DNA of 63,048 nt from Nitrospinota bacterium (lineage in GTDB: Bacteria > UBA8248), in assembly GCA_030754595.1 (NCBI GenBank), contig JASLZZ010000013.1, forward strand, positions 1 through 63,048. The letters are read 5' to 3'. Each line of letters opens with the position of its first letter. Positions within the stretch are counted from its first letter, which is position 1. A model generated the notes under the pieces. The model did no database searches, had not been told where the DNA came from, and saw only the letters and a list, made by a program, of their open reading frames with translations. Of the stretch, positions 37,446 to 47,267 are shown in pieces. The translations under genes and the position numbers were made by a program.

Positions 37446-39008
37446 TTGAGTGAACTGCCGTTGACTACCCTGATGATTTTCCTTCCGCTGGCGGGGGGGC
37501 TCCTCCTTCTCTTCGTGGGGGACGCCGACGAAGCGGGCCGGGGGCGGGTGCGAGCGATTTCGATGGCGTTCGCTCTGGCCGCCCTTGCGGTCTCGGCGGC
37601 GGTTTACGCCGGGTTCCGCGAAAATTTCGCCGGGATGCAGTTTATCGAGCGGGCGGAGTGGATACCCCGGTTCGGAATTTCCTATTACGTGGGTCTCGAC
37701 GGCATCAGCCTGCCCCTCATTCTACTGACGACGTTTCTCACCCCGATCGTCTTGCTTTATTCGTGGGATGAAGTGGAAAAGCGGGTGCGGCTTTATCACA
37801 TGGCTCTTCTTTTCCTCGAGACAGCGATGCTCGGCGTTTTCGTCTCGCTCGATTTTTTCCTCTTCTATGTCTTCTGGGAGGGGATGCTCATTCCGATGTA
37901 TCTGATCATCGGGGTGTGGGGCGGCCCCCGGCGCATTTATGCGGCGGTTAAATTTTTCCTCTACACGATGGTCGGCAGCGTGCTCATGCTGGTGGCGATC
38001 CTCTGGCTTTATTTCGAGACGGGCGCGGAGACCTTCGACATCCTGGTCCATCTGGACAAGCCGGTTCATTACGCTTTGCAGGGCTGGCTCTTCGCGGCCT
38101 TCGCCCTATCGTTCGCGATCAAGGTTCCGATTTTTCCGTTTCACACATGGCTGCCCGACGCCCATGTCGAGGCGCCCACGGCCGGCAGTGTAATCCTCGC
38201 CGGGGTGCTTCTGAAGATGGGGACCTACGGGCTCATGCGGTTGGCGATGCCGCTATTTCCGACGGCGGCGCGCGATTTCGCCCTCTTGTTCATGACCCTT
38301 GCAGTCATCGGGATCATTTACGGCGCGCTGGTGGCGATGGTTCAGGACGACATCAAAAAACTCGTCGCTTACTCCTCGGTGAGCCATCTGGGTTTTGTCG
38401 TCCTGGGGCTCTTCTCCTTCAACCTGCTCGGCGCATCGGGCGGGGTACTTCAGATGGTGAACCACGGTGTGAGCACCGGGGCGCTCTTCCTGATCGTGGG
38501 AATGATATACAGCCGCAGGCATACGAGGCTGATCGCCGACTTCGGCGGCATCGCGCGGGTGATGCCGGCCTTCGCGGTCTTTTTCGTGATCACATCGCTC
38601 AGCAGCATCGGCCTTCCCGGTCTGAACGGGTTCGTCGGTGAGTTTACGATTCTGGCCGGCGCCTTCAGCCGGAGTCCTTTCTTCGCCGTCGTGGCGGCGT
38701 CGGGGGTGGTGCTCGCGGCGATCTACATGCTGTGGATGCTCCAGCGCGTTCTCTTCGGCGGGGACCCGTCGCCGGCCAATCTCGGTCTCCGCGATTTGGG
38801 GGTGCGCGAGTGGTGCGTGCTGGTGCCCCTAGTTGCGTTGATGTTCGGTATGGGCCTTTATCCCAAGCCCATACTGAGCAAGATCGAGCCCTCCGCGAAG
38901 GCATGGGTCGAACAGGTGAACCGGCGGGTGCTCCATGTGCAAACGCCCCCGGAGGCGCCCGCGCCCAGGCTGGCGAGGACGCGCTCCCAAAAGACGGTGA
39001 GGCCATGA
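37446..39008 (+). CDS. nuoM: NADH-quinone oxidoreductase subunit M (set 1)
   Basis: FWE, HTWLPDAHVEAPT, LLKMG, GLPGLNGFVGE. Confidence 0.97.
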   Translation: MSELPLTTLMIFLPLAGGLLLLFVGDADEAGRGRVRAISMAFALAALAVSAAVYAGFRENFAGMQFIERAEWIPRFGISYYVGLDGISLPLILLTTFLTPIVLLYSWDEVEKRVRLYHMALLFLETAMLGVFVSLDFFLFYVFWEGMLIPMYLIIGVWGGPRRIYAAVKFFLYTMVGSVLMLVAILWLYFETGAETFDILVHLDKPVHYALQGWLFAAFALSFAIKVPIFPFHTWLPDAHVEAPTAGSVILAGVLLKMGTYGLMRLAMPLFPTAARDFALLFMTLAVIGIIYGALVAMVQDDIKKLVAYSSVSHLGFVVLGLFSFNLLGASGGVLQMVNHGVSTGALFLIVGMIYSRRHTRLIADFGGIARVMPAFAVFFVITSLSSIGLPGLNGFVGEFTILAGAFSRSPFFAVVAASGVVLAAIYMLWMLQRVLFGGDPSPANLGLRDLGVREWCVLVPLVALMFGMGLYPKPILSKIEPSAKAWVEQVNRRVLHVQTPPEAPAPRLARTRSQKTVRP

Positions 39009-40492
39009 CTCCGACTTTTCCTGTGATTCATTGGCCGTATTTGCTTCCGGTGATTTTTGTGGTGTCCGGGGCGGTGGCCGTTCTTCTCTGGGATACTTTT
39101 TCCCGCTCCCGAGATCGGACCTTTCTCGCCGCCCTGACTCTGGCCACTCTCGCGGCCGCGGGGAGCGCCACCCTCTCGGCTTTGCCCGGCCTGCCCGGCG
39201 GCGCCGTCTCCTTCGGTGGCATGTACATCTTCGACCGATTCACGGGGTTTGTATTTATCCTGGTCCTGATCGCGAGTTTTATTTCCGTTCTGATCGCCTC
39301 CGCTCAGATGAGCCTCGACGAGACCCCGGCGGGCGAATATTTCGCCCTTATCCTCTTCGCCACCTCGGGGATGATGCTCATGGCGGGGACGCGGAATCTG
39401 CTGATGATTTTCATCGGCCTCGAGATTCTCTCGCTTTCCTTATATATATTGGCCGGCTATCTCAGGTTCGATCTGAGGGGGAACGAGGCGGCGCTGAAAT
39501 ATTTTCTGCTGGGATCTTTCGCCGCGGGCTTTTTGCTGTTCGGAATGGCCATGATTTACGGCGCTGCCGGCTCGGTGGACCTGTCCCGGATTACCACCCA
39601 CCTCAACGCCCACCCCCTTTCGCGGAACCCGGCCTTCATGCTGGGGCTGGGTTTCATCATCGTCGGCTTGGGTTTCAAGGTGGCGGCGGTGCCCTTCAAC
39701 ATGTGGACCCCCGACGTCTACGAGGGAGCGCCCACGGCGGTGACAGCCTTTATGTCGGTGGGGCCCAAAGCGGCCGCTTTCGCGGCATTTTTCAGGGTAG
39801 TGCTCATGGTGGCGGGCTATGCCGGGGAGAATTTCACCACCGTCCTCTGGGTGATGGCGGCGCTCACGATGACGGCGGGCAATCTGGTGGCCATCTGGCA
39901 GACGAACATAAAAAGAATGCTCGCCTTCTCCAGTATCGCTCATGCCGGATACATTCTGGTGGCCCTGGTGGCGGCCCAGAAGGGCGCAGCCCTGGCCACT
40001 GGGGGATTTCTCTACTACTTGCTTGTTTACTCGTTTATGAACCTGGGTGCGTTCTGCGTGGTGGTGGCCTCTGGCTGGGGCGGGGGGGAGAGAACCGGGA
40101 TAGCGGATTACGCCGGGATGGGCTATACCCGGCCGGTTCTGGCCGCGGCGATGGCGATATTCATGGTGTCTCTGGCGGGGCTGCCTCCGACCGGGGGGTT
40201 TGTCGCCAAATTATATATCTTCAGCGCGGCCATCAAGGCGGGCTATGTCTGGCTGGTGGTGGTGGCCGTCCTGAACAGCGTTGTCGCGGTTTACTACTAC
40301 CTCCGTCTGATCGTGGTGATGTACATGCAAGAGCCCGCGGACGGGGAAAATCAGGCTGCGGCGGGTTCGGCGCGCGTAAGCTCCTATGCGTTCGCCGCGC
40401 TGCTTCTGGCGGTGATCGGCACGCTTGAACTGGGTATATTCCCCGGCGCGGTGATGGAATTCGCCCTCCGTTCGGGTGTCCTTTTGAACTAG
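39005..40492 (+). CDS. nuoN: NADH-quinone oxidoreductase subunit N (set 1)
   Basis: EAALKYF, FK...VPF.MW.PDVYEGAP, GLPPTGGF.AK; ATG 39005. Confidence 0.97.
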   Translation: MTPTFPVIHWPYLLPVIFVVSGAVAVLLWDTFSRSRDRTFLAALTLATLAAAGSATLSALPGLPGGAVSFGGMYIFDRFTGFVFILVLIASFISVLIASAQMSLDETPAGEYFALILFATSGMMLMAGTRNLLMIFIGLEILSLSLYILAGYLRFDLRGNEAALKYFLLGSFAAGFLLFGMAMIYGAAGSVDLSRITTHLNAHPLSRNPAFMLGLGFIIVGLGFKVAAVPFNMWTPDVYEGAPTAVTAFMSVGPKAAAFAAFFRVVLMVAGYAGENFTTVLWVMAALTMTAGNLVAIWQTNIKRMLAFSSIAHAGYILVALVAAQKGAALATGGFLYYLLVYSFMNLGAFCVVVASGWGGGERTGIADYAGMGYTRPVLAAAMAIFMVSLAGLPPTGGFVAKLYIFSAAIKAGYVWLVVVAVLNSVVAVYYYLRLIVVMYMQEPADGENQAAAGSARVSSYAFAALLLAVIGTLELGIFPGAVMEFALRSGVLLN

Positions 40493-40511
40493 CCGAGCGG
40501 TTCCAATATGC

Positions 40512-40540
40512 TTGGATTTGGCCTGTGCCCATGGTATAGT
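40512..40540 (+). promoter_or_regulatory. Putative sigma70 promoter of nuo operon 2
   Basis: TTGGAT-17 nt-TATAGT with extended -10 TG. Confidence 0.55.
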
Positions 40541-40672
40541 CACTGGCCGTGGAATAAAGATATACAAAGATTTAGACCCCTATCGCCCTTGGGGCGTGGC
40601 TATAGCCTGCCGGGCCTGTCCGAAACCATGCGAGTAGACTTCCGGAGCCCGCGGACCTTTTTTCTAAGCTGA

Positions 40673-41080
40673 GTGAGGATCGGTTTGCAGGAATTCATAT
40701 CTGCGTTTTTTGGCGATTACAACGTGATCAACGGCTATGTGCCACTGTTCATTTTTCTGCTGGTGGCTTTGGGGTTTGCCGGGGGCACGCTGCTCGTCGC
40801 CCTGATCATCCGCCCGAACAAGCCCGACCCCGAAAAGCTCGCGCCCTACGAGTGCGGAATGCCCCCGCTCATGGAGGCGCACGAACGTTTTTCCATTCGT
40901 TTTTATCTTCTCGGAATTCTGTTTCTCCTCTTCGACGTGGAGGCGATGTTCCTCTTCCCATGGGCGGTGAAGTACGACGCCCTCGGCCTCTTCGGTTTCA
41001 TCGAGATGATGTTGTTTATCGCGATTCTGCTCGTCGGCTATTTTTATGCCTGGCGGAAGGGAGCGCTGGAATGGGCTTAA
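40673..41080 (+). CDS. nuoA: NADH-quinone oxidoreductase subunit A (set 2); start uncertain
   Basis: PYECG, FDVE, RKGALEW. Confidence 0.96.
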   Translation: MRIGLQEFISAFFGDYNVINGYVPLFIFLLVALGFAGGTLLVALIIRPNKPDPEKLAPYECGMPPLMEAHERFSIRFYLLGILFLLFDVEAMFLFPWAVKYDALGLFGFIEMMLFIAILLVGYFYAWRKGALEWA

Positions 41081-41562
41081 TCGACGGAAAGCTGGGCGAC
41101 AACTTTATCACCACTAGATTCGACAGCCTAGTGGCCTGGGCCCGTAAAAGCTCGCTTTGGCCGATGACTTTCGGGCTGGCTTGTTGCGCCATCGAGATGA
41201 TGGCCTCGGGCGCCGCGCGGTACGACTTCGACCGCTTCGGGGTCATTTTCCGGGCGACGCCCCGGCAGTCCGACGTTATCATCATCGCCGGGACCGTCAC
41301 CCATAAAATGGCCGATGCGATCGTTCGGGTTTATAACCAGATGCCCGAGCCCAGGTGGGTCATTTCGATGGGGAATTGTTCGACCTGCGGCGGACCGTAT
41401 GCGAACTATGCCGTTGTTCAAGGGGTGGACGAGATCATCCCCGTCGATGTGTATGTGCCGGGATGCCCCCCCCGCCCGGAAGCCCTGATGTGGGGCGTCA
41501 TGCAGCTACAGAAAAAGATCGAGCAGGAAAGGTTCGTCCGCAAGAGTAAATCGGCGGCGTAG
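41071..41562 (+). CDS. nuoB: NADH-quinone oxidoreductase subunit B (set 2)
   Basis: [25 protein letters not shown]. Confidence 0.97.
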   Translation: MGLIDGKLGDNFITTRFDSLVAWARKSSLWPMTFGLACCAIEMMASGAARYDFDRFGVIFRATPRQSDVIIIAGTVTHKMADAIVRVYNQMPEPRWVISMGNCSTCGGPYANYAVVQGVDEIIPVDVYVPGCPPRPEALMWGVMQLQKKIEQERFVRKSKSAA

Positions 41563-41572
41563 ACTCCCAAAA

Positions 41573-42151
41573 ATGGCAGACGAAGTCGGAACCGAGGAAG
41601 CGAACGGGGAAACTCCTGAAGAGGTTGAAGCGCCGAAAACTCCTCCGGGGAAGGCGCTCAGGGAATTGGTCGATGGGGAGTTTCCAGGAGCGATCCTCGA
41701 GCAAACGGCATACGAAGACCGCGAGGACGAGGTGACGTTTGTCCTCAAGGACGACGCCCTGGTGGGGGTGGCGACCTATCTGCGCGATCATCCGGCCACG
41801 AGCTTCAAGATACTGACGGATCTGACCGCCGCGCACTATCCCGGCGAGGAAACGCCGTTCCATGTCGTCTATCAGCTGGTCAGCGTCGATCACGGCCGCT
41901 TGCTTCGCCTGAAGGTGAAGGCCAGGGAGGACCAAGAGGTCCCCACCGTGTCGGGGGTTTGGTCAAGCGCGAACTGGATGGAGCGGGAGGTCTACGATTT
42001 GTTCGGCGTCCGCTTCAAGGACCACCCGGATCTTAGGCGTATTTTTCTTCCCGACGATTGGGGAAGTTATCCTTTCAGGAAGGACTATCCTCTCGAGGGC
42101 CGGGGGGAGCGCGTATACTCGAAACCCACGCGCAAGGAAATCGGCGACTAG
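41573..42151 (+). CDS. nuoC: NADH-quinone oxidoreductase subunit C (set 2)
   Basis: WMEREVYDLFG, HPDLRRI, PFRKDYP. Confidence 0.96.
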   Translation: MADEVGTEEANGETPEEVEAPKTPPGKALRELVDGEFPGAILEQTAYEDREDEVTFVLKDDALVGVATYLRDHPATSFKILTDLTAAHYPGEETPFHVVYQLVSVDHGRLLRLKVKAREDQEVPTVSGVWSSANWMEREVYDLFGVRFKDHPDLRRIFLPDDWGSYPFRKDYPLEGRGERVYSKPTRKEIGD

Positions 42152-42207
42152 GGCCTTCGCCGCCCGGCGGCGTGGCTTTTATTTGAGTTGAATCGGGAGA
42201 TACCCTG

Positions 42208-43350
42208 ATGCTCGGAGCGGAAATCTCGTCCCGGATTGAGCGGTCCAGCACCGTCCCCGGCACCGAGGAACTCGTCATCAACATGGGGCCCCAGCACCCC
42301 AGCACGCACGGGGTGCTCCGGATTATCCTCAAGCTCGACGGCGAGACGGTCAAGGACGTCGATTGCGATATCGGCTACCTCCACCGGGGCACCGAGAAGA
42401 TCGGAGAGAACATCACATACACGATGTTCATCCCCTATACGGATCGGCTCGATTACATCGCCGCCCCCTCGTGCAATCTGGCCTGGGTCCAGGCGGTCGA
42501 ATCGTTCTTCGACTGGGAGATTCCGGACCGCGCTCTTTTCATCCGCTCCATCGTGGCCGAGCTTTCGCGGATCGCGAGCCATCTTCTCTGGCTGGCCACC
42601 CACGCGCTCGACATCGGCGCGATGACGGTTTTTCTGTGGTGTTTCCGGGAGCGGGAGATGGTTCTCGATTTGTTCGAGAGGGCCTTCGGAGCGCGGCTCA
42701 CCGTGAACGCCTTCCGCCTCGGCGGGCTTTATCAGGACGTTCCTCAGGAATTTCTCGACGACGCCCGGAAGTTCATCGAACTTTTCCCGGACCGGGTGGA
42801 CGACTACGAGACGCTGCTGACCGAGAACCGCATCTGGCTCCAGCGCACGCGAGGGGTCGGCGTCATTTCGGCCGCGGACGCCCTCGACTACGGGCTGACG
42901 GGGCCGATCCTCCGCGCATCGGGGGTGAAGTGGGACCTCCGCCGGGCGAAGCCCTACGCCGCCTATCCGTATGTGAATTTCACGATACCCGTCGGTGAGA
43001 ACGGCGACGTCTACGATCGTTATCTGGTGCGGCTCGTCGAGATGCGCGAGAGCGCGAGCATCATCGGGCAGTGCCTCGATATGCTCCCGGGGGGGCCGGT
43101 GAGCTGCAAGACCCCTCGGACGATTAAGCCTCCGGCGGGCGAAATTTATCACGGCACCGAAAATCCGAAGGGGGAATTCGGATTTTACATCGTGAGCGAC
43201 GGGACGGAGACGCCCTACCGGGTCCGTATCCGACCGCCCTCGTTCATCAACCTCGCGGGCCTGAAAAAGCTGTGCGTGGGCGAGCTTTTAGCGGACGTTA
43301 TCGCGATCATCGGCAGCATCGATATCGTCTTGGGCGAGTGTGACCGCTAG
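42208..43350 (+). CDS. nuoD: NADH-quinone oxidoreductase subunit D (set 2)
   Basis: NMGPQHPSTHGVLR, DRLDY, ENPKGE, GECDR; no NiFe CxxC motifs. Confidence 0.97.
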   Translation: MLGAEISSRIERSSTVPGTEELVINMGPQHPSTHGVLRIILKLDGETVKDVDCDIGYLHRGTEKIGENITYTMFIPYTDRLDYIAAPSCNLAWVQAVESFFDWEIPDRALFIRSIVAELSRIASHLLWLATHALDIGAMTVFLWCFREREMVLDLFERAFGARLTVNAFRLGGLYQDVPQEFLDDARKFIELFPDRVDDYETLLTENRIWLQRTRGVGVISAADALDYGLTGPILRASGVKWDLRRAKPYAAYPYVNFTIPVGENGDVYDRYLVRLVEMRESASIIGQCLDMLPGGPVSCKTPRTIKPPAGEIYHGTENPKGEFGFYIVSDGTETPYRVRIRPPSFINLAGLKKLCVGELLADVIAIIGSIDIVLGECDR

Positions 43351-43379
43351 CGCGCGCCGAAAAGGATTCTTGACCGGAA

Positions 43380-44345
43380 ATGATTGCTGAACTAATCGCC
43401 GCTTTTTTGAAAATCGTTCTCGTGCTCGGGACCATCTCTCTCGTGGTGGCTTACCTAACCTATCTCGAGCGCAAGATCATCGGGCATATCCAGATGCGCA
43501 TGGGGCCGATGCGGGTCGGCTGGCACGGGCTGCTCCAGCCCATCGCCGATGGGCTCAAGCTCTTCCTCAAAGAAGACATCATCCCCTCGAAGGCGGACAA
43601 GATCGTATTCGTCATCGCGCCGATCATGGTGCTGGTGCCCGCGTTCGTGGTCTATTCCGTGCTGCCGTTCGATGAGAATTTCTATATCACCCAGGTTAAC
43701 GTGGGCCTCTTTCTCGTCCTGGCGGTGAGCTCGCTGGGCGTTTTCGGCATCGTCATGGCGGGCTGGGCCTCCAACAGCAAATACAGCCTCCTGGGGGCAT
43801 TTCGCAGCGCCGCTCAGATGCTGAGCTACGAGATTTTCCTGGGCTTCTCTCTCATCGGGCCGCTCATGCTGGCCGGCTCGCTCAACTTCCAGAACATCGT
43901 TAAAGCCCAGTCGGACGTTTGGTTTGTCTTCTATCAGCCTCTCGCGTTCATCGTGTTTTTCATCGCGGCGCTCGCCGAGACGAACCGAATTCCTTTTGAC
44001 CTGCCCGAGGCCGAGACGGAGCTGGTGGCCGGGTTCCACACCGAGTACAGCGGGATGAAGTTCGCTTTCTTCTTCTTGGCCGAGTATGCCAACATCATGG
44101 CGGTCTCCACCGTCTGCATCGCCGTTTTCTTCGGAGGCTGGGGCGGGATCGATGCGATACCTCTGCCGGGCATCGTCTGGTACCTGTTAAAGATGGCGGT
44201 CCTGATTTTCGTGTTTATCTGGATACGGGCGACGCTGCCCCGCTACCGCTACGACCAGTTGATGCGGGTGGGGTGGAAGTTCATGTTCCCGCTCGCGATT
44301 TTGAATATATTTGTCACTGGATTGGTGAAGTTCCTGTTTCTCTAA
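43380..44345 (+). CDS. nuoH: NADH-quinone oxidoreductase subunit H (set 2)
   Basis: [27 protein letters not shown]; follows nuoD directly. Confidence 0.97.
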   Translation: MIAELIAAFLKIVLVLGTISLVVAYLTYLERKIIGHIQMRMGPMRVGWHGLLQPIADGLKLFLKEDIIPSKADKIVFVIAPIMVLVPAFVVYSVLPFDENFYITQVNVGLFLVLAVSSLGVFGIVMAGWASNSKYSLLGAFRSAAQMLSYEIFLGFSLIGPLMLAGSLNFQNIVKAQSDVWFVFYQPLAFIVFFIAALAETNRIPFDLPEAETELVAGFHTEYSGMKFAFFFLAEYANIMAVSTVCIAVFFGGWGGIDAIPLPGIVWYLLKMAVLIFVFIWIRATLPRYRYDQLMRVGWKFMFPLAILNIFVTGLVKFLFL

Positions 44346-44363
44346 CGGCGAGAGGCATCGGTT

Positions 44364-44879
44364 TTGGAACTGCTTTTCTTTTATTTATTCGCGGCCGGAA
44401 TCATCGGGGCCTCGCTCCTGGTGGTGACCCGCTCGAACGTCATTCACGCGGCTCTGCTGCTGGTGCTCACGTTCTTTTTCATGTCTGGGGTGTTTGTCCT
44501 GGCCGGGGCCGAGTTCCTGGCGGTGGTGCAGGTCCTGCTCTACGCCGGCGGAATCATGGTGCTCTACCTTTTCTCGATCATGTTGATGAACGCTGAGGTC
44601 TCCGTGCGGCTCAGGCAGTTTCACCGCCAGAGCTTTTTCACGATCGTCGTCTCGCTGATTCTGGCGGCGGAGATTTGGTGGAAGGTTCTGGGCGGGGGGG
44701 CCGCATATCCGGCCTTCAAGGGTTTTTCGTGGACGCTGGGGACGACGCCCGGAAACGTCGAGGCGCTCGGATCGATTCTTTACACGAAGTACCTGTTTCC
44801 GTTCGAGGTGGCTTCGATTTTACTGCTGGCGGCCATGATCGGCGCTATCGTTCTCGCCAAACGGACGATAGACCGCTAG
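44364..44879 (+). CDS. nuoJ: NADH-quinone oxidoreductase subunit J (set 2)
   Basis: [21 protein letters not shown]; 18 nt after nuoH, no nuoI between. Confidence 0.96.
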   Translation: MELLFFYLFAAGIIGASLLVVTRSNVIHAALLLVLTFFFMSGVFVLAGAEFLAVVQVLLYAGGIMVLYLFSIMLMNAEVSVRLRQFHRQSFFTIVVSLILAAEIWWKVLGGGAAYPAFKGFSWTLGTTPGNVEALGSILYTKYLFPFEVASILLLAAMIGAIVLAKRTIDR

Positions 44880-44901
44880 GGCCCCGGGAGGAGACAACGG
44901 G

Positions 44902-45204
44902 ATGGTTCCTCTTTCTCATTATCTGGCGCTGGGCGCGGTCGTGTTCGTGATCGGGGCCGCGGGCGTCCTGATGCGGCGGAACGCCATCATCATCCTGATG
45001 AGCATCGAATTGATGTTGAACGCCGTGAACATCACTCTCGTCGGCTTCTCGCGCCAGTGGGGGGACCTGACGGGCCAGGTGCTCGCCATCTTCGTCATCA
45101 CGGTTGCGGCGGCGGAGGCGGCCGTGGGCCTGGCCATCCTGATCTCCTTGAACCGAGACCGGTCGGTCCTCAACGTGGACGAAGTGAACCTTTTGAAGTG
45201 GTAG
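44902..45204 (+). CDS. nuoK: NADH-quinone oxidoreductase subunit K (set 2)
   Basis: [17 protein letters not shown]. Confidence 0.96.
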   Translation: MVPLSHYLALGAVVFVIGAAGVLMRRNAIIILMSIELMLNAVNITLVGFSRQWGDLTGQVLAIFVITVAAAEAAVGLAILISLNRDRSVLNVDEVNLLKW

Positions 45205-45211
45205 GGAACGA

Positions 45212-47242
45212 ATGATCAAACTCGCGTGGCTCATACCGTTGTTCCCGGCGCTCGGCGTCGTCATCAACGGCTTCTTCGGCTCCCGCTACACCCGGGACAA
45301 GGCGGGGCACATCGCCGCCCTGATGGCGGGTCTCTCGTTCCTGGTCGTCCTCGGAATCGCCTTCGAGATGATCTTCGGAAGCGGCGGCAAGCACACGATC
45401 CACCTCTGGGACTGGATCTCGGCGGGCAAGTTCTCGGTTTCCGTCGCCTTTTTGATCGATCCGCTAAGCACCATCATGCTCCTCGTCGTGTCGGGCGTGG
45501 GTTTCCTCGTCCATGTCTATTCTGTCGGCTACCTCCACGGCGACCCGGGTTATCCTCGGTTTTTCACCTACCTGAACCTGTTCATGCTCTCGATGTTCCT
45601 CCTCGTCCTCGGGGACAACTACCTGCTCATGTTCGTCGGGTGGGAGGGCGTCGGACTCTGCAGCTACCTCCTGGTCGGTTTCTGGTACGAAAAGCAGTCG
45701 GCCTCGGACGCCGGGAAAAAGGCCTTTATCGTCAACCGGATCGGCGACGCCGGCTTTTTGCTCGGCATGTTCATGATCTGGGTTCTAACCGGCAGCCTGA
45801 CCTATTCGGAAGTATTTCATGCGGCCTCGAACATCACGGAAGCCGGGGCCACGGCCATCGGCCTTTTGCTCTTCATCGGGGCCGCCGGCAAGAGCGCGCA
45901 GATTCCGCTCTACGTATGGCTTCCCGACGCGATGGAAGGCCCCACGCCCGTCAGCGCGCTGATCCACGCGGCGACGATGGTGACGGCCGGAGTTTACATG
46001 GTCGCGCGGACGAGCCCGATTTATGTGATGGGCCCCGGCGCCCTCGAGGTCATCGCCCTCGTCGGCGCGGTCACGGCGATTTTCGCTGCCTCGATCGGGC
46101 TGGTTCAAAACGACATCAAGCGCGTCCTGGCCTACAGCACGGTGAGCCAGCTCGGGTTCATGTTCATGGCGCTAGGGGTGGGCGCGTTCGGGGCCGGTAT
46201 TTTCCACCTGATGACCCATGCCTTCTTTAAAGGTCTCCTGTTTCTGGGGAGCGGGAGCGTCATCCACGCCCTCCACCACGCCCCGGTGGATCAGCAACAG
46301 GACATGCGCTACATGGGCGGATTGAGATCGAAGATGCCCATTACCTACTGGACGTTTGTGATCGGCGCGGTGGCGATCGCCGGAGTTCCGCCCTTGGCGG
46401 GCTTTTGGAGCAAGGACGAGATTTTAGCCAACGCCTTCTTCACCGGACACCACTTTGTCTGGGTCCTGGGCTCTGTGGCGGCGTTCATGACGGCGTTTTA
46501 TATGTTCCGCCTGATATTCATGACCTTCCACGGCGAGATGCGGGTGGACCACCACGCCAGAGAGTATATTCACGAGTCCCCCTATTCGATGACGGTGCCA
46601 CTGATGATCCTGGCGGTCTTGAGCGTTGTCGGGGGGATTATTCCGGGCTTCCCGCCGGAGGGCGGCTGGATTCACACCTTCCTCGCTCCTTCGCTGGCCA
46701 AGGTCGGCGCCGGGGGGCATGCGGCGAATGAGGCGGTCCAGTTTGTCCGTGTGTCGGCCGGGAGCGGCGGCGGCCACGGCGGCCCGGCGGCGGTGATTCT
46801 CATCATCCTGGCGATTGCCATCGCCGTGGGCGGAATCGCCCTGGCCTGGTTCATGTACATGAAGAATACGGCGGTGCCGGACGGCCTGGCCTCCCGCTTC
46901 CCGGGCATTCACAGGCTCTTGCTCAACAAGTACTACATCGATGAGATTTATCAGGCCTGTATCGTCAAGCCGATTTACCGCCTGATGAACAGTCTTTGGT
47001 CTTTCGACGCGAATGTCGTGGACGGCGCGGTGAACGGAAGCAGCCTCATCACGCTCGTGTCGAGCCGCTTTTCGGGAATATTCGATCTAAAGACGGTGGA
47101 CGGCGCTGTAAACGGCGTCGCCTCCGTGACGAAGTTTTTTTCTCAGGTTTTCAAGTTCATACAATCGGGCATGGTGCAAAATTATCTTTTCGTGATGCTT
47201 CTCGGTGTTTTCATGATGCTGAGCGCATACTTGTTCCGGTAG
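45212..47242 (+). CDS. nuoL: NADH-quinone oxidoreductase subunit L (set 2) with 26-aa lateral-helix duplication
   Basis: Canonical NuoL motifs plus FD...VDGAVNG repeated at 26-residue spacing. Confidence 0.97.
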   Translation: MIKLAWLIPLFPALGVVINGFFGSRYTRDKAGHIAALMAGLSFLVVLGIAFEMIFGSGGKHTIHLWDWISAGKFSVSVAFLIDPLSTIMLLVVSGVGFLVHVYSVGYLHGDPGYPRFFTYLNLFMLSMFLLVLGDNYLLMFVGWEGVGLCSYLLVGFWYEKQSASDAGKKAFIVNRIGDAGFLLGMFMIWVLTGSLTYSEVFHAASNITEAGATAIGLLLFIGAAGKSAQIPLYVWLPDAMEGPTPVSALIHAATMVTAGVYMVARTSPIYVMGPGALEVIALVGAVTAIFAASIGLVQNDIKRVLAYSTVSQLGFMFMALGVGAFGAGIFHLMTHAFFKGLLFLGSGSVIHALHHAPVDQQQDMRYMGGLRSKMPITYWTFVIGAVAIAGVPPLAGFWSKDEILANAFFTGHHFVWVLGSVAAFMTAFYMFRLIFMTFHGEMRVDHHAREYIHESPYSMTVPLMILAVLSVVGGIIPGFPPEGGWIHTFLAPSLAKVGAGGHAANEAVQFVRVSAGSGGGHGGPAAVILIILAIAIAVGGIALAWFMYMKNTAVPDGLASRFPGIHRLLLNKYYIDEIYQACIVKPIYRLMNSLWSFDANVVDGAVNGSSLITLVSSRFSGIFDLKTVDGAVNGVASVTKFFSQVFKFIQSGMVQNYLFVMLLGVFMMLSAYLFR

Positions 47243-47267
47243 GCGTCTCTGGGACCAGGAGAGTCAG

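Noticed and set aside
42208..43350. Second operon as a group 4 NiFe hydrogenase (suggested by missing EFG and the nearby HypE-like gene)
   Set aside because: NuoD2 lacks both CxxC Ni-binding motifs and keeps the quinone-site HPSTHG and DRLDY motifs
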